The notes under the pieces are model-generated. The model was given only the letters and a program-made list of their open reading frames with translations, was not told where the DNA came from and did no database searches. From NCBI GenBank assembly GCA_038153405.1, contig JAYOYH010000013.1, positions 44,334 through 108,333 on the forward strand: DNA of 64,000 nt. The letters are read 5' to 3'. Position 1 is the first letter of the stretch; each line of letters opens with the position of its first letter. The position numbers were made by a program, and so were the translations under genes. This document shows positions 54,725-63,323 of this stretch, piece by piece. Source of the stretch: Gemmatimonadota bacterium (GTDB taxonomy: Bacteria; Latescibacterota; UBA2968; UBA8231).

Positions 54725-55977
54725 TGGGTGCGCTGACCGACGCCGTATTCAACCCTCCGCGACAGGGCTACTACGGGGCCTATGGCGGGGCCTTTGTCCC
54801 CGAAATTCTCCGCACCACGCTAGACGAACTGATCGAAGTCTTTGACGCTGCGCGCGCTGACCGCTCGTTCTGGAACGAGTTCCTGCAGGTCATGCAGTCC
54901 TACTCGTGCCGCCCTACCCCGATTACCTACCTAGAAAATCTGAGCCGCGAAGTCGGTGGTGCGCAGATCTATATCAAGCGCGAGGATCTCAACCATACGG
55001 GAGCGCACAAGGCCAACAACGTCATGGGGCAGGGACTGCTGGTCAAGCGCATGGGTAAAAAGCGGGTTATCGCCGAAACCGGTGCCGGACAGCACGGGGT
55101 TGCCACCGCGACGATGGCCGCGCGCTTTGGACTCGATTGCACGATCTATATGGGAGCCGTAGACGTAGAGCGCCAGCGCCCCAATGTATTTTGGATGGAG
55201 CAATTGGGGGCAGAAGTGGTATCGGTCCAAGATGGTTCGGCCACGCTCAAGGACGCCATCAACGAATGCCTGCGCGACTGGGCCTACTCTATGGAAGACA
55301 CCCACTACGCGCTGGGCACGGCCTGTGGTCCCCATCCCTTTCCGCAGATTGTCGCCTATTTTCAGCGCATTATTGGCATCGAGAGCCGCGAGCAAATGCT
55401 GGCTTGCCCGGGGCGCCTACCCGACAAGGTCTACGCCTGTGTCGGCGGCGGGTCGAATGCGACGGGCCTCTTTCTCGGCTTTCTCGACGATGCCGATGTC
55501 GAGTTGATTGGTATAGAAGCGGGCGGACTCGGACTGAGCAGCGGCCAGCACGCCGCGCGTCTGGCCGGTGGGGTTGGCGTGCCCGGCATAGCCCAAGGCT
55601 ACAAAACCTACTTCTTCCAGAACGACGAAGGACAGATGCAGCACACCCACTCCGTGTCGGCTGGTCTAGACTACATTGGCGTCAGTCCGATTCTGGCCCA
55701 TTGGCACGAGATCGGGCGCATGCAGGCCGAGTCGGCGACCGATGTGGAAGTGATCGATGCGCTGAAAATACTGATGCGCACAGAGGGTATCATCGGCGCG
55801 TTGGAAAGTTGCCACGGATTGGCGGGCGGTCTGCGCGCTGCCGCGTCCATGCGCCCTGAGGAAATCGTGCTGATCAACCTGTCGGGTCGCGGCGACAAGG
55901 ATATTTTCACCATCGCCGATGCACTCGGCGACGCCAAGTGGAAGGAATTCCTCCGCCAGAAGGTCGAAAAGCTGTGA
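54724..55977 (+). CDS. trpB: Tryptophan synthase beta chain
   Basis: GYYG.YGG.FVPE, KREDLNHTGAHK.NN, AETGAGQHG, GPHPFP, CVGGGSNA, SAGLDY, NLSGRGDKD. Confidence 0.97.
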   Translation: MGALTDAVFNPPRQGYYGAYGGAFVPEILRTTLDELIEVFDAARADRSFWNEFLQVMQSYSCRPTPITYLENLSREVGGAQIYIKREDLNHTGAHKANNVMGQGLLVKRMGKKRVIAETGAGQHGVATATMAARFGLDCTIYMGAVDVERQRPNVFWMEQLGAEVVSVQDGSATLKDAINECLRDWAYSMEDTHYALGTACGPHPFPQIVAYFQRIIGIESREQMLACPGRLPDKVYACVGGGSNATGLFLGFLDDADVELIGIEAGGLGLSSGQHAARLAGGVGVPGIAQGYKTYFFQNDEGQMQHTHSVSAGLDYIGVSPILAHWHEIGRMQAESATDVEVIDALKILMRTEGIIGALESCHGLAGGLRAAASMRPEEIVLINLSGRGDKDIFTIADALGDAKWKEFLRQKVEKL

Positions 55978-56750
55978 ATCTGCAAGCCTATATTCAGGAG
56001 CGCCTCGGCGAGCGCAAGGTGCTGTTGATGACTCACCTGATCGCCGGATACCCCTCGCTGGAAGAAAACTGGCGGATGCTAGAGATCATGGGCGAGGTCG
56101 GCGTCGACTTAGTCGAGCTGCAAATGCCTTTTAGCGAGCCGGTGGCCGATGGTCCCATCTTTGCGCGCGCCAATCAGCGCGCCCTAGAAAAGGGAATATC
56201 GCTGGCCCAGTACTTTGATCTAATGCAGCGCTCGACCCGCCAATTCACCTTTCCACACCTGATGATGGGCTATTATAATACGGCGTTTCGCCTCGGCCAT
56301 ACCGCCTATTGCGATGCCCTAGTCGAGAGAGGGGCAGTTGGTTATATCCTGCCCGACCTGCCGGTTGAAGAAGGCGAAGAGCTTTTTGCACTGAGCCGCC
56401 AGCGCCAGTTGCACCCGATCCAGTTGATGACGCCGACCAATACCGACGCGCGCCTGGCCTCGATTGGCCAACATGCCGCCGGCTTTGTCTACGTCGTGGC
56501 GCGGCGCGGCGTGACCGGCAGCAAAACGGAGATCGACCAGGGGGTCTTCGCCTTTATCGAGCGCTGTCGGAAGGCGACCGACGTGCCGTTGGCCCTAGGC
56601 TTTGGGCTGAGCAGTGGCGCCGACTTGCAGCGCCTGCAAGGCACCGTGGAGATCGGCATCGTCGGCTCGCAGCTGCTGCGGGTTTGGGAAGAAGACGGCG
56701 AGGCGGCTTACGCCGACCTGCTGCGCGACTTGGCCGCCGGCCGCTCCTAG
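55974..56750 (+). CDS. trpA: Tryptophan synthase alpha chain
   Basis: AGYP, ELQMPFSEPVADGPI, M.YYN, PDLP, GVTG, GFG, VGS; GTG at 55974 overlaps the trpB stop. Confidence 0.95.
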   Translation: MNLQAYIQERLGERKVLLMTHLIAGYPSLEENWRMLEIMGEVGVDLVELQMPFSEPVADGPIFARANQRALEKGISLAQYFDLMQRSTRQFTFPHLMMGYYNTAFRLGHTAYCDALVERGAVGYILPDLPVEEGEELFALSRQRQLHPIQLMTPTNTDARLASIGQHAAGFVYVVARRGVTGSKTEIDQGVFAFIERCRKATDVPLALGFGLSSGADLQRLQGTVEIGIVGSQLLRVWEEDGEAAYADLLRDLAAGRS

Positions 56751-56767
56751 CGTTTCCTCGTAAGTCT

Positions 56768-56952
56768 TTCCTGCATCACCGCCCGTTGGGGCCGTGCGAT
56801 TCCAATCCGCGATCCTCCGTTGGGATGTTTCCCAACCAAATCCACTCCGTTCCCATCCAAGGTACCGCTAAGCCGTCCTGCGGATACGCCGGTTCCACTC
56901 CCGCTGGAGACCTTGCCCACCCGAGTGTTTAGATGGGCATTTGCAGGTGGAA
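56768..56952 (-). ncRNA. Candidate structured non-coding RNA/element between convergent genes
   Basis: Terminal complementarity CCUGCA/UGCAGG plus several internal hairpins; G-U pairs favour the minus strand; no family recognised. Confidence 0.4.
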
Positions 56953-56962
56953 TAGCAACGGC

Positions 56963-57697
56963 TTAGTCCATATACAGCCCGCCGTTCACATCGATGATTT
57001 CGCCCGTTATATGGCGCGCCTCATCAGAGGCCAGAAAGAGTACGCAGTGGGCCACGTCCTCGGGTTGTCCAACGTGGCCAATGGGGATTTGCGCTTTGAG
57101 CGGGGCATGCGCCGCCGAGTCGGTCATCGCCGTATCAATAACGCCGGGGGCAATGGCGTTGACGCGGATGCCATATACAGCGACGGAGCGCGCCAGCCCA
57201 ATGGTCAGTGCGCTGACGCCGGCTTTGGATGCTGCGTAGGGGGGGCCAGCCGCCACGCCGCCCGTTTTGGCGGCTAGCGAGCTCATATTGATGATGGCAC
57301 CTTGGCCGCGCGCCTTCATATGCTGCAGGACGGCCTGACAGCAGAGGAAGGTTCCCTTCATATTGACGTTGACAATCCGATCCCAAACCTCTTCGGTGCA
57401 GTCTTCATAGGTCGTAAAAACTAGGTAGCCGGCGTTGTTGACCAATACATCGAGTTGGCCGAAATGTTCAACGGTCTGTTCCACCCCATTTCGCACCGCC
57501 GCGGCTGAGGTAATATCCATACCGAGGGCTATGCTCTCTGTGGGCAGGTGTGCGGCCAGCCGTTGAACGGAATCTATATCGACATCGGCTGCGGCGATAT
57601 GCGCTCCCTGAGCGGCTAGCGTCTGGGCTATGGCTTGGCCGATGCCGCGCCCGGCGCCGGTGACCAATGCAACTTTTCCGCGCAATCTATCGGTCAT
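56963..57697 (-). CDS. SDR family oxidoreductase (FabG-like)
   Basis: TGAGRGIG, NNAG, YAASK, NAIAPG.IDT, ITGE..DVNGG. Confidence 0.93.
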   Translation of the reverse strand: MTDRLRGKVALVTGAGRGIGQAIAQTLAAQGAHIAAADVDIDSVQRLAAHLPTESIALGMDITSAAAVRNGVEQTVEHFGQLDVLVNNAGYLVFTTYEDCTEEVWDRIVNVNMKGTFLCCQAVLQHMKARGQGAIINMSSLAAKTGGVAAGPPYAASKAGVSALTIGLARSVAVYGIRVNAIAPGVIDTAMTDSAAHAPLKAQIPIGHVGQPEDVAHCVLFLASDEARHITGEIIDVNGGLYMD

Positions 57698-57714
57698 CTA
57701 CATACCTCGTATGG

Positions 57715-58542
57715 TTAGACGATTAAGAGCATGGATACGGCGCCCATTGCTGCTCCCAACAATCCGCTGCGGCCGAGCGGTTCTTTCCAAATATAGTGGG
57801 CAAAAAGGTTGTCTAGGAGAACGACGCCGCAGCCATTAATGGGAAAGAAGATCGTTCCCTGAACGTGCGCCAATGCTGTCAGAGAGACGGAGAGCGCGAC
57901 CAAGTTAAATACGCCGATGCCGAGGCCGGTCAGCACCGCTTCGCGGCGCACGGGCAGGCGGCGCAGAGCAATAAAGGCAACGCCTAGGGTGCCGGCCGTG
58001 GCCGCCGTGACCATCAGCACGTGCAGGCGCTCGGGGTCGAGGCCGGCGTGGTGAACCCAGTGTAAACAGCACATGCTAATACCCTGCAGGACAAAGATCA
58101 GCACAATCAGCTGCGCGCCACCGGATCGGCTCGTTGCGCGCGGACGCCAGCTTAGTAAGAGGAGACTAGCCAAGGCCAAGGCGATGCCGGCGAGTTGGCT
58201 TGGGTTAATTGGTTCATCCCAAAGCAGGGCGCCGACAAAAATTGGTACGATAATGGCTAGGCGAAACGAGGTCAGAGTTGGTCCGGCCTCTATGCGCGTC
58301 AGCGCGTGCGTCATGGCCAGCATAGAGGCGATAAAAAACACCCCGGTAACGGCGCCGATGGACAGGGCCTGCGCGCTGGGTTGCCAGCGGTCGCTGACGA
58401 GAAAATAGACGAATAAGATGAATGCAAGAACGAGGTAATTGGCAGCAATGACGACGGGAGCGCTGTGCCGCTGGCGCTGCGACCATTTAAACAGCTGGCC
58501 AAAGCCAAAGCTGAGCAGAACGACCGGTAGGAGCCATGCCAA
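57715..58542 (-). CDS. DMT/EamA family transporter
   Basis: ~10 TM helices in two repeats ending W(D/K)EP. Confidence 0.8.
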   Translation of the reverse strand: MAWLLPVVLLSFGFGQLFKWSQRQRHSAPVVIAANYLVLAFILFVYFLVSDRWQPSAQALSIGAVTGVFFIASMLAMTHALTRIEAGPTLTSFRLAIIVPIFVGALLWDEPINPSQLAGIALALASLLLLSWRPRATSRSGGAQLIVLIFVLQGISMCCLHWVHHAGLDPERLHVLMVTAATAGTLGVAFIALRRLPVRREAVLTGLGIGVFNLVALSVSLTALAHVQGTIFFPINGCGVVLLDNLFAHYIWKEPLGRSGLLGAAMGAVSMLLIV

Positions 58543-58668
58543 GGGATGCGTTCCTCAACGGGAAAGAGTGGGGAAGAAGGGGGCCAAGGTACGCCCTCCA
58601 GAACGAAGCGGCAAGTGTTATATTGTGTAGCATAATTTATCGCCAAATAACACGGGGAGATAACGCTC

Positions 58669-60057
58669 GTGGAAGATAGGGCCACAGAAGGATGGACAAA
58701 TGCGTCGCTGCACGAGCGCCGCAGCGCGCTGCGCGATACGGTGGCTGAGCTGTATGCACTCGGAGATGAGCGCGCACTGCGCCTGATATTAAACAGCCAG
58801 TTTCCCGCCGACCTAGCCGACCTAATGCGCCATCGCACTGAGGATGAACAGCACTACCTGTTCGAACTGCTCGCCGAGGGCGTGGCCGCCGGCGTGCTGG
58901 CCGAGTTGGATACGCCGACTATGCTCGAAGTGGCCGAAGGCATGGGCGATCACCAGCTTTCCGAACTGGTTGGCGAGATGGCACCGGACGACGCGGCCGA
59001 CGTGCTGGGCGAGCTGCCGGAAGGCCAGAGTGAAAAAGTCCTCGAGCTGATGGAGGACGAAGACGCCGAAGAGGTGCGCGAGCTGCTGGCACACGAGGAG
59101 GATACGGGCGGCGGCATCATGACCTCACGGCTGTTGATCGTGCGCGAGGACATGCGCGTCGAAGAAGCTATACGCTACTTGCGCGAATGGGCCGAGGAAG
59201 AACAAATACTCAATATCTACGTGCTCGATGAGGGCGATGCGCTGTCCGGTACGCTTTCACTGCGCAGCCTGCTGCTGGCCCAGCCCGAAACGCTCGTGCG
59301 CACCATTGCCGAGCGCGATCCCATCGCAATTGGTGCCCATATGGATCAGGAGGAAATTGCCCACCTTTTTCGCGATTACGACCTGCTCGCCCTACCAGTT
59401 GTCGATGGGGAGGGCAAGCTAATTGGCGAGGTCACCATTGACGATATCGTCTCCGTGATGGAAGAGGAAGCCACGGAAGATATGTATGTCATGGCGGCGA
59501 CCAGTTCAGAGGAACGCGAGGAACGCTCGACCCTGGGCGTGGTGCGGCGGCGCATGCCCTGGCTGCTTATTTGCATGCTGGGGACCATGGTAGCCGGCGC
59601 CATGATTCACGCTTTTCAAGAGCGTTTGGCCGATGCGGCGGTGCTGCTGCTCTTCGTGCCGGCTATAATGGCGATGGGAGGCAATACGGGTATCCAGACG
59701 TCGACAGTGACGATACGCAGTCTGGCCACCGGTGAGCTGCGCGGAACCAACGTTCTCAAGACCATTGGGCGCGAAGTGCGCATTGCGCTGGTTATGGGAG
59801 CGCTGTTGGGCAGTGCGGTGCTGTGCATTGCAACTGCGTGGACCGAAATGTGGACGATAGGACTTTGTGTGGGATTGGCGATGTGCTCTGCCGTTGTGTT
59901 TTCAGCGTGTATGGGCGCGCTAATACCGCTGGTCTTTCGCTCCATGGGCATCGATCCAGCGGTGGCTTCAGGGCCGTTGATCACCACGCTAAACGACGGT
60001 ATTTCACTGGGTATATATTTTCTGGTTGCCCGTGCAATGCTCGTCACCTGGGGATAA
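58669..60057 (+). CDS. mgtE: Magnesium transporter MgtE
   Basis: PADLAD, DDAAD, GGIMT, CBS pair, R.PWL, MGGN.GIQT, DPAVASGPLITT.ND. Confidence 0.96.
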   Translation: MEDRATEGWTNASLHERRSALRDTVAELYALGDERALRLILNSQFPADLADLMRHRTEDEQHYLFELLAEGVAAGVLAELDTPTMLEVAEGMGDHQLSELVGEMAPDDAADVLGELPEGQSEKVLELMEDEDAEEVRELLAHEEDTGGGIMTSRLLIVREDMRVEEAIRYLREWAEEEQILNIYVLDEGDALSGTLSLRSLLLAQPETLVRTIAERDPIAIGAHMDQEEIAHLFRDYDLLALPVVDGEGKLIGEVTIDDIVSVMEEEATEDMYVMAATSSEEREERSTLGVVRRRMPWLLICMLGTMVAGAMIHAFQERLADAAVLLLFVPAIMAMGGNTGIQTSTVTIRSLATGELRGTNVLKTIGREVRIALVMGALLGSAVLCIATAWTEMWTIGLCVGLAMCSAVVFSACMGALIPLVFRSMGIDPAVASGPLITTLNDGISLGIYFLVARAMLVTWG

Positions 60058-60059
60058 GT

Positions 60060-61643
60060 TTGCCAAGGAAGTTTGTCAGGCTGCTGGGAGCGCTCTGTCT
60101 GTTGGTTGGCTGTGGGCGCGTCGCTCCATCGCTGGTCGATTGGAGTGAGCAATCGGCCGGGGCGCTGCGGGCGCAGTTGAGGGGAGGCGAGTTTAATATA
60201 GCCGATCAGTGGCTGCCGGCCGCTCCGGGTCTTTCGAGATTTTACCTACAGCGAGGCGACCGCCTTGCCTGGAGTGGGCCTAGCGGGCCGAGCGCACAGG
60301 CGGATGCGTTGCACCGGACCGTCCGACGGGCCAGCGACGACGGACTCATCTCGGCATCCTATCGCGTTGGTGCGATAAGACAGCGCCTGCTGCAATGGCG
60401 CAGCGCCGGCGCTGCGCCGCCGGCGCTGCGCGACCTGATAGAGCTCGACCTATTGTTGAGCAACGCGTTTCTGCTCTATGGCAGCCACCTACTGAACGGT
60501 CGGATTGACCCGCGCACAGTACACGACTTCTGGGATGCACCCCATATTCAGGGTGGCTTAGTCGATTTGCTGCAAACGGCGCTGGACCTCCAGCAGGTGG
60601 GGGATGCGCTGGAAGAGCTGCGTCCGCCGCAGAGGGGTTATGAAAGGCTGAAACAGGTGCTGCTGCGCTACCGTGCCATTGCCGAACAGGGCGGATGGCC
60701 CACCGTGGGACTACAGGGAGAGGGGGTGCGTGCGCGGTTAGAAATGAGCGGTGATTGGTTGCCCGGTGCGACGAGGAGAGACGCTCTGCTGCGCTTTCAA
60801 ATGCGGCGCCATCTGGCGCAAAACGGCCTGCTCGACGAGGAGACGCTGGCGGCTCTCAACCGGCCCATTGCCGAGCAAATCGCCCAGATTGAGATCAATA
60901 TGGAGCGCTGGCGTTGGCTGCCGCACGATGCGGATGCCCGCTACTTACTTGTGCGGCTCGACGACTACGCGGTGGATATAGTTTCCAATGGGCAGCCCGT
61001 GCATACGATGCGCGCCATCGTCGGCAGCGAATATTGGCGCACGCCCATATTTAGCGCGCAGATGACAGAAGTCGTAGTTAACCCATATTGGTACGTGCCG
61101 CGCAGCATTGCCGTAGCAGAAATACTGCCGATGCTACAGCGGGATCCTACCTATGCTGAGCGCAGCGGCATGTTGCTGAGTACGGGTGAGGGGATACAGA
61201 TGCGCTCGGTCGACCCGCTGGGGGTGGATTGGTCACAGATAAGCGCGGCCAATTTTGCCTATCACTTTACCCAAATACCGGGCGGTGCCAACCCGCTGGG
61301 GAAGTTCAAATTTTTCTTTGCCAATCCGTATTCTATTTACGCTCACGATACGCCCAACCAGCAGCTATTCGAGCGCGAGATTCGCGAGTTTAGCCACGGG
61401 TGTATTCGCGTAGAGGACAGCCTCGTGCTGGCCGCTATGGTGCTGGATGGGTGGGGCGAGACGAATCTGGAAGCGCTAGTGAACAGGGGCGAGAATCGCC
61501 GTATTGCCCTGGCCGAGCCCCTCCCTGTTTTCGTGCTCTACTGGACAGCTTGGGTCGACGAAGAGAATCTGCTGCACCTGCGCGATGACGCGTATCAGAG
61601 CGATGCGGCCCTGCGTTCAGCCCTGCGCCAAATCCGATTCTAA
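60060..61643 (+). CDS. L,D-transpeptidase (YcbB/LdtD-like) lipoprotein
   Basis: Lipobox LVGC, NMERWRW, NPYW.VP.SI, NPLG..KF.F.N...IY.HDTP, FSHGCIRV; TTG start at 60060 (the ORF-track extension overlaps mgtE). Confidence 0.92.
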   Translation: MPRKFVRLLGALCLLVGCGRVAPSLVDWSEQSAGALRAQLRGGEFNIADQWLPAAPGLSRFYLQRGDRLAWSGPSGPSAQADALHRTVRRASDDGLISASYRVGAIRQRLLQWRSAGAAPPALRDLIELDLLLSNAFLLYGSHLLNGRIDPRTVHDFWDAPHIQGGLVDLLQTALDLQQVGDALEELRPPQRGYERLKQVLLRYRAIAEQGGWPTVGLQGEGVRARLEMSGDWLPGATRRDALLRFQMRRHLAQNGLLDEETLAALNRPIAEQIAQIEINMERWRWLPHDADARYLLVRLDDYAVDIVSNGQPVHTMRAIVGSEYWRTPIFSAQMTEVVVNPYWYVPRSIAVAEILPMLQRDPTYAERSGMLLSTGEGIQMRSVDPLGVDWSQISAANFAYHFTQIPGGANPLGKFKFFFANPYSIYAHDTPNQQLFEREIREFSHGCIRVEDSLVLAAMVLDGWGETNLEALVNRGENRRIALAEPLPVFVLYWTAWVDEENLLHLRDDAYQSDAALRSALRQIRF

Positions 61644-61724
61644 AACTTGGCTTTATCGAGATTTTACGCATATTCTGGATCAGTATTTATGCGTGTTTTA
61701 GCGCGTTTCACTGGGGGGGTAACT

Positions 61725-63008
61725 ATGTTGGCGAAGGCTAATATGAAGGATGTAGTAGGGCTTATTCTGGGAGGGGGACAGGGGTCGCGCCTGTTTCCCC
61801 TCACCCAGTACCGGTCCAAGCCCGCCGTCCCGATTGGGGGTAAGTATCGGCTCATTGACATTCCTCTAAGCAACTGCATTCACTCCGGCATTAATCGGAT
61901 GTTTGTCCTGACGCAGTTCAACTCGGCGTCGCTCCATCGACACATCAGCCGGACCTATCGCTTTGATCAATTCTCGGATGGCTACGTTGAAATCCTCGCC
62001 GCCGAGCAGACGCAAGAAAGCTCCGATTGGTATCAGGGAACGGCCGATGCCGTGCGTCGGCATCTGCGCCGCATTCTTTCGCGCAGCGCCGAACAAGTGC
62101 TCATACTTTCGGGCGACCATCTCTATCGAATGGACTACGCTCGCTTTGTAGCTGAGCACCGCGCGCGCGGATCTGACGTATCCATCGCCGTCAAGCCCGT
62201 AACCCGGGAGGAAGCTCCCGGACTGGGTATACTCAAGGTCGATGGCGAGGGGCGCATCGTCGACTTTGTCGAAAAGCCGCAGACGGAAGAGCAGCTAGAG
62301 GCGATGCGGCTGCCCGAGTCCCCCAGCGCCAATCCGGACGAGGTCTATATGGCTTCGATGGGCATTTACATCTTTGAGCCACAGGTGCTGATCAGCTTGC
62401 TGGTGGGTGACGATCGCGACGACTTTGGCAAGCATATTATTCCCGATGCCATTAAAAAGGTCAATGTCTTTGCCCATACGTTTACTGGGTATTGGGAAGA
62501 CATCGGGACGATTCCCTCCTTTTACGAAGCGAACCTCGCCCTGACCGACTCGCGTCCGGCCTTTGATTTCTACCAGCCCGATGCGCCGATCTATACGCAC
62601 GCGCGCTTTTTGGCCGGGGTGCGCATCGAGAGCTGCCGTATTAAGCATGGCATTATTGCGGAGGGATCCTACATTACCGATGCGCAAATTCAGCGCTCCA
62701 TCATTGGCATCCGCAGCATAATCGGTCCGGGAGCCAAGATCTTCAACTCAGTAATTATGGGAGCTGATTACTACGAGCGGCCGATCGATATCGAGCGCAA
62801 TCACGTGCGGGGAATGCCCAATGTCGGTATCGGGCCCAATACGTCGATTAACCGCGCCATCATCGATAAAAATGCGCGCGTGGGCGAACGCGTGTTGATC
62901 CAAAACGCCGAGGGGGTGCGCGAGGGGGAGGGAGAGAATTTTTACATTCGCGATGGCATTGTCATCGTGCCCAAAGACGCGGTGATTAAGCCTGGAACGG
63001 TAATATAG
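61725..63008 (+). CDS. glgC: Glucose-1-phosphate adenylyltransferase
   Basis: LGGGQGSRLFPLT..RSKPAVP.GGKYRLID, LTQFNSASL, WYQGTADAVR, LSGDHLYRMDY, FVEKP, SMGIY, MGADYY. Confidence 0.97.
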   Translation: MLAKANMKDVVGLILGGGQGSRLFPLTQYRSKPAVPIGGKYRLIDIPLSNCIHSGINRMFVLTQFNSASLHRHISRTYRFDQFSDGYVEILAAEQTQESSDWYQGTADAVRRHLRRILSRSAEQVLILSGDHLYRMDYARFVAEHRARGSDVSIAVKPVTREEAPGLGILKVDGEGRIVDFVEKPQTEEQLEAMRLPESPSANPDEVYMASMGIYIFEPQVLISLLVGDDRDDFGKHIIPDAIKKVNVFAHTFTGYWEDIGTIPSFYEANLALTDSRPAFDFYQPDAPIYTHARFLAGVRIESCRIKHGIIAEGSYITDAQIQRSIIGIRSIIGPGAKIFNSVIMGADYYERPIDIERNHVRGMPNVGIGPNTSINRAIIDKNARVGERVLIQNAEGVREGEGENFYIRDGIVIVPKDAVIKPGTVI

Positions 63009-63021
63009 ATCGATATCCCTC

Positions 63022-63079
63022 AGGCAAATAAAAAAGGGGGCAGGCCATATATATGGCCTGCCCCCTTTTTTATTTGCCT
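63022..63079. terminator. Perfect 58-bp palindrome; bidirectional terminator-like
   Basis: AGGCAAATAAAAAAGGGGGCAGGCCATAT|ATATGGCCTGCCCCCTTTTTTATTTGCCT: exact reverse complement, no spacer. Confidence 0.8.
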
Positions 63080-63192
63080 CGAATAGAGACTTACTTCATC
63101 AGTGTCATTCTGCGGTTGATTACATTTTGTGGCAATCGATAAGTATGCGTGTATGGATGAGGGGGAGCCCGGTTTTTGGGCATATAGGGTTC

Positions 63193-63246
63193 GTGACACA
63201 ACTGTAACACGTGTGTAACGCACGCGCCTCCAGAGGCTGTTAAAAT
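63193..63246 (+). promoter_or_regulatory. Pho-box/OmpR-type 11-bp-periodic direct repeats plus extended -10
   Basis: GTGACAC (63193), GTAACAC (63204), GTAACGC (63215); TGnTAAAAT at 63238-63246. Confidence 0.55.
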
Positions 63247-63323
63247 CAGGTAAAGAGCACACAGTATACCGATGAAGAGCGCACCTTGAGTGCAGTTACA
63301 CACTAGAGGGGAGAGCGAATCCA

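Noticed and set aside
56756..56765. 10-mer CCTCGTAAGT shared with 4231-4240
   Set aside because: A single 10-mer match is expected by chance in 64 kb
56895..56920. GGAGACCTTGCC resembling the 3' end of a cobalamin riboswitch
   Set aside because: Other B12-element motifs are absent and no gene lies downstream on the plus strand
58543..58668. Possible M-box riboswitch before mgtE
   Set aside because: Region is short (126 bp), shared with a divergent gene and lacks the motif
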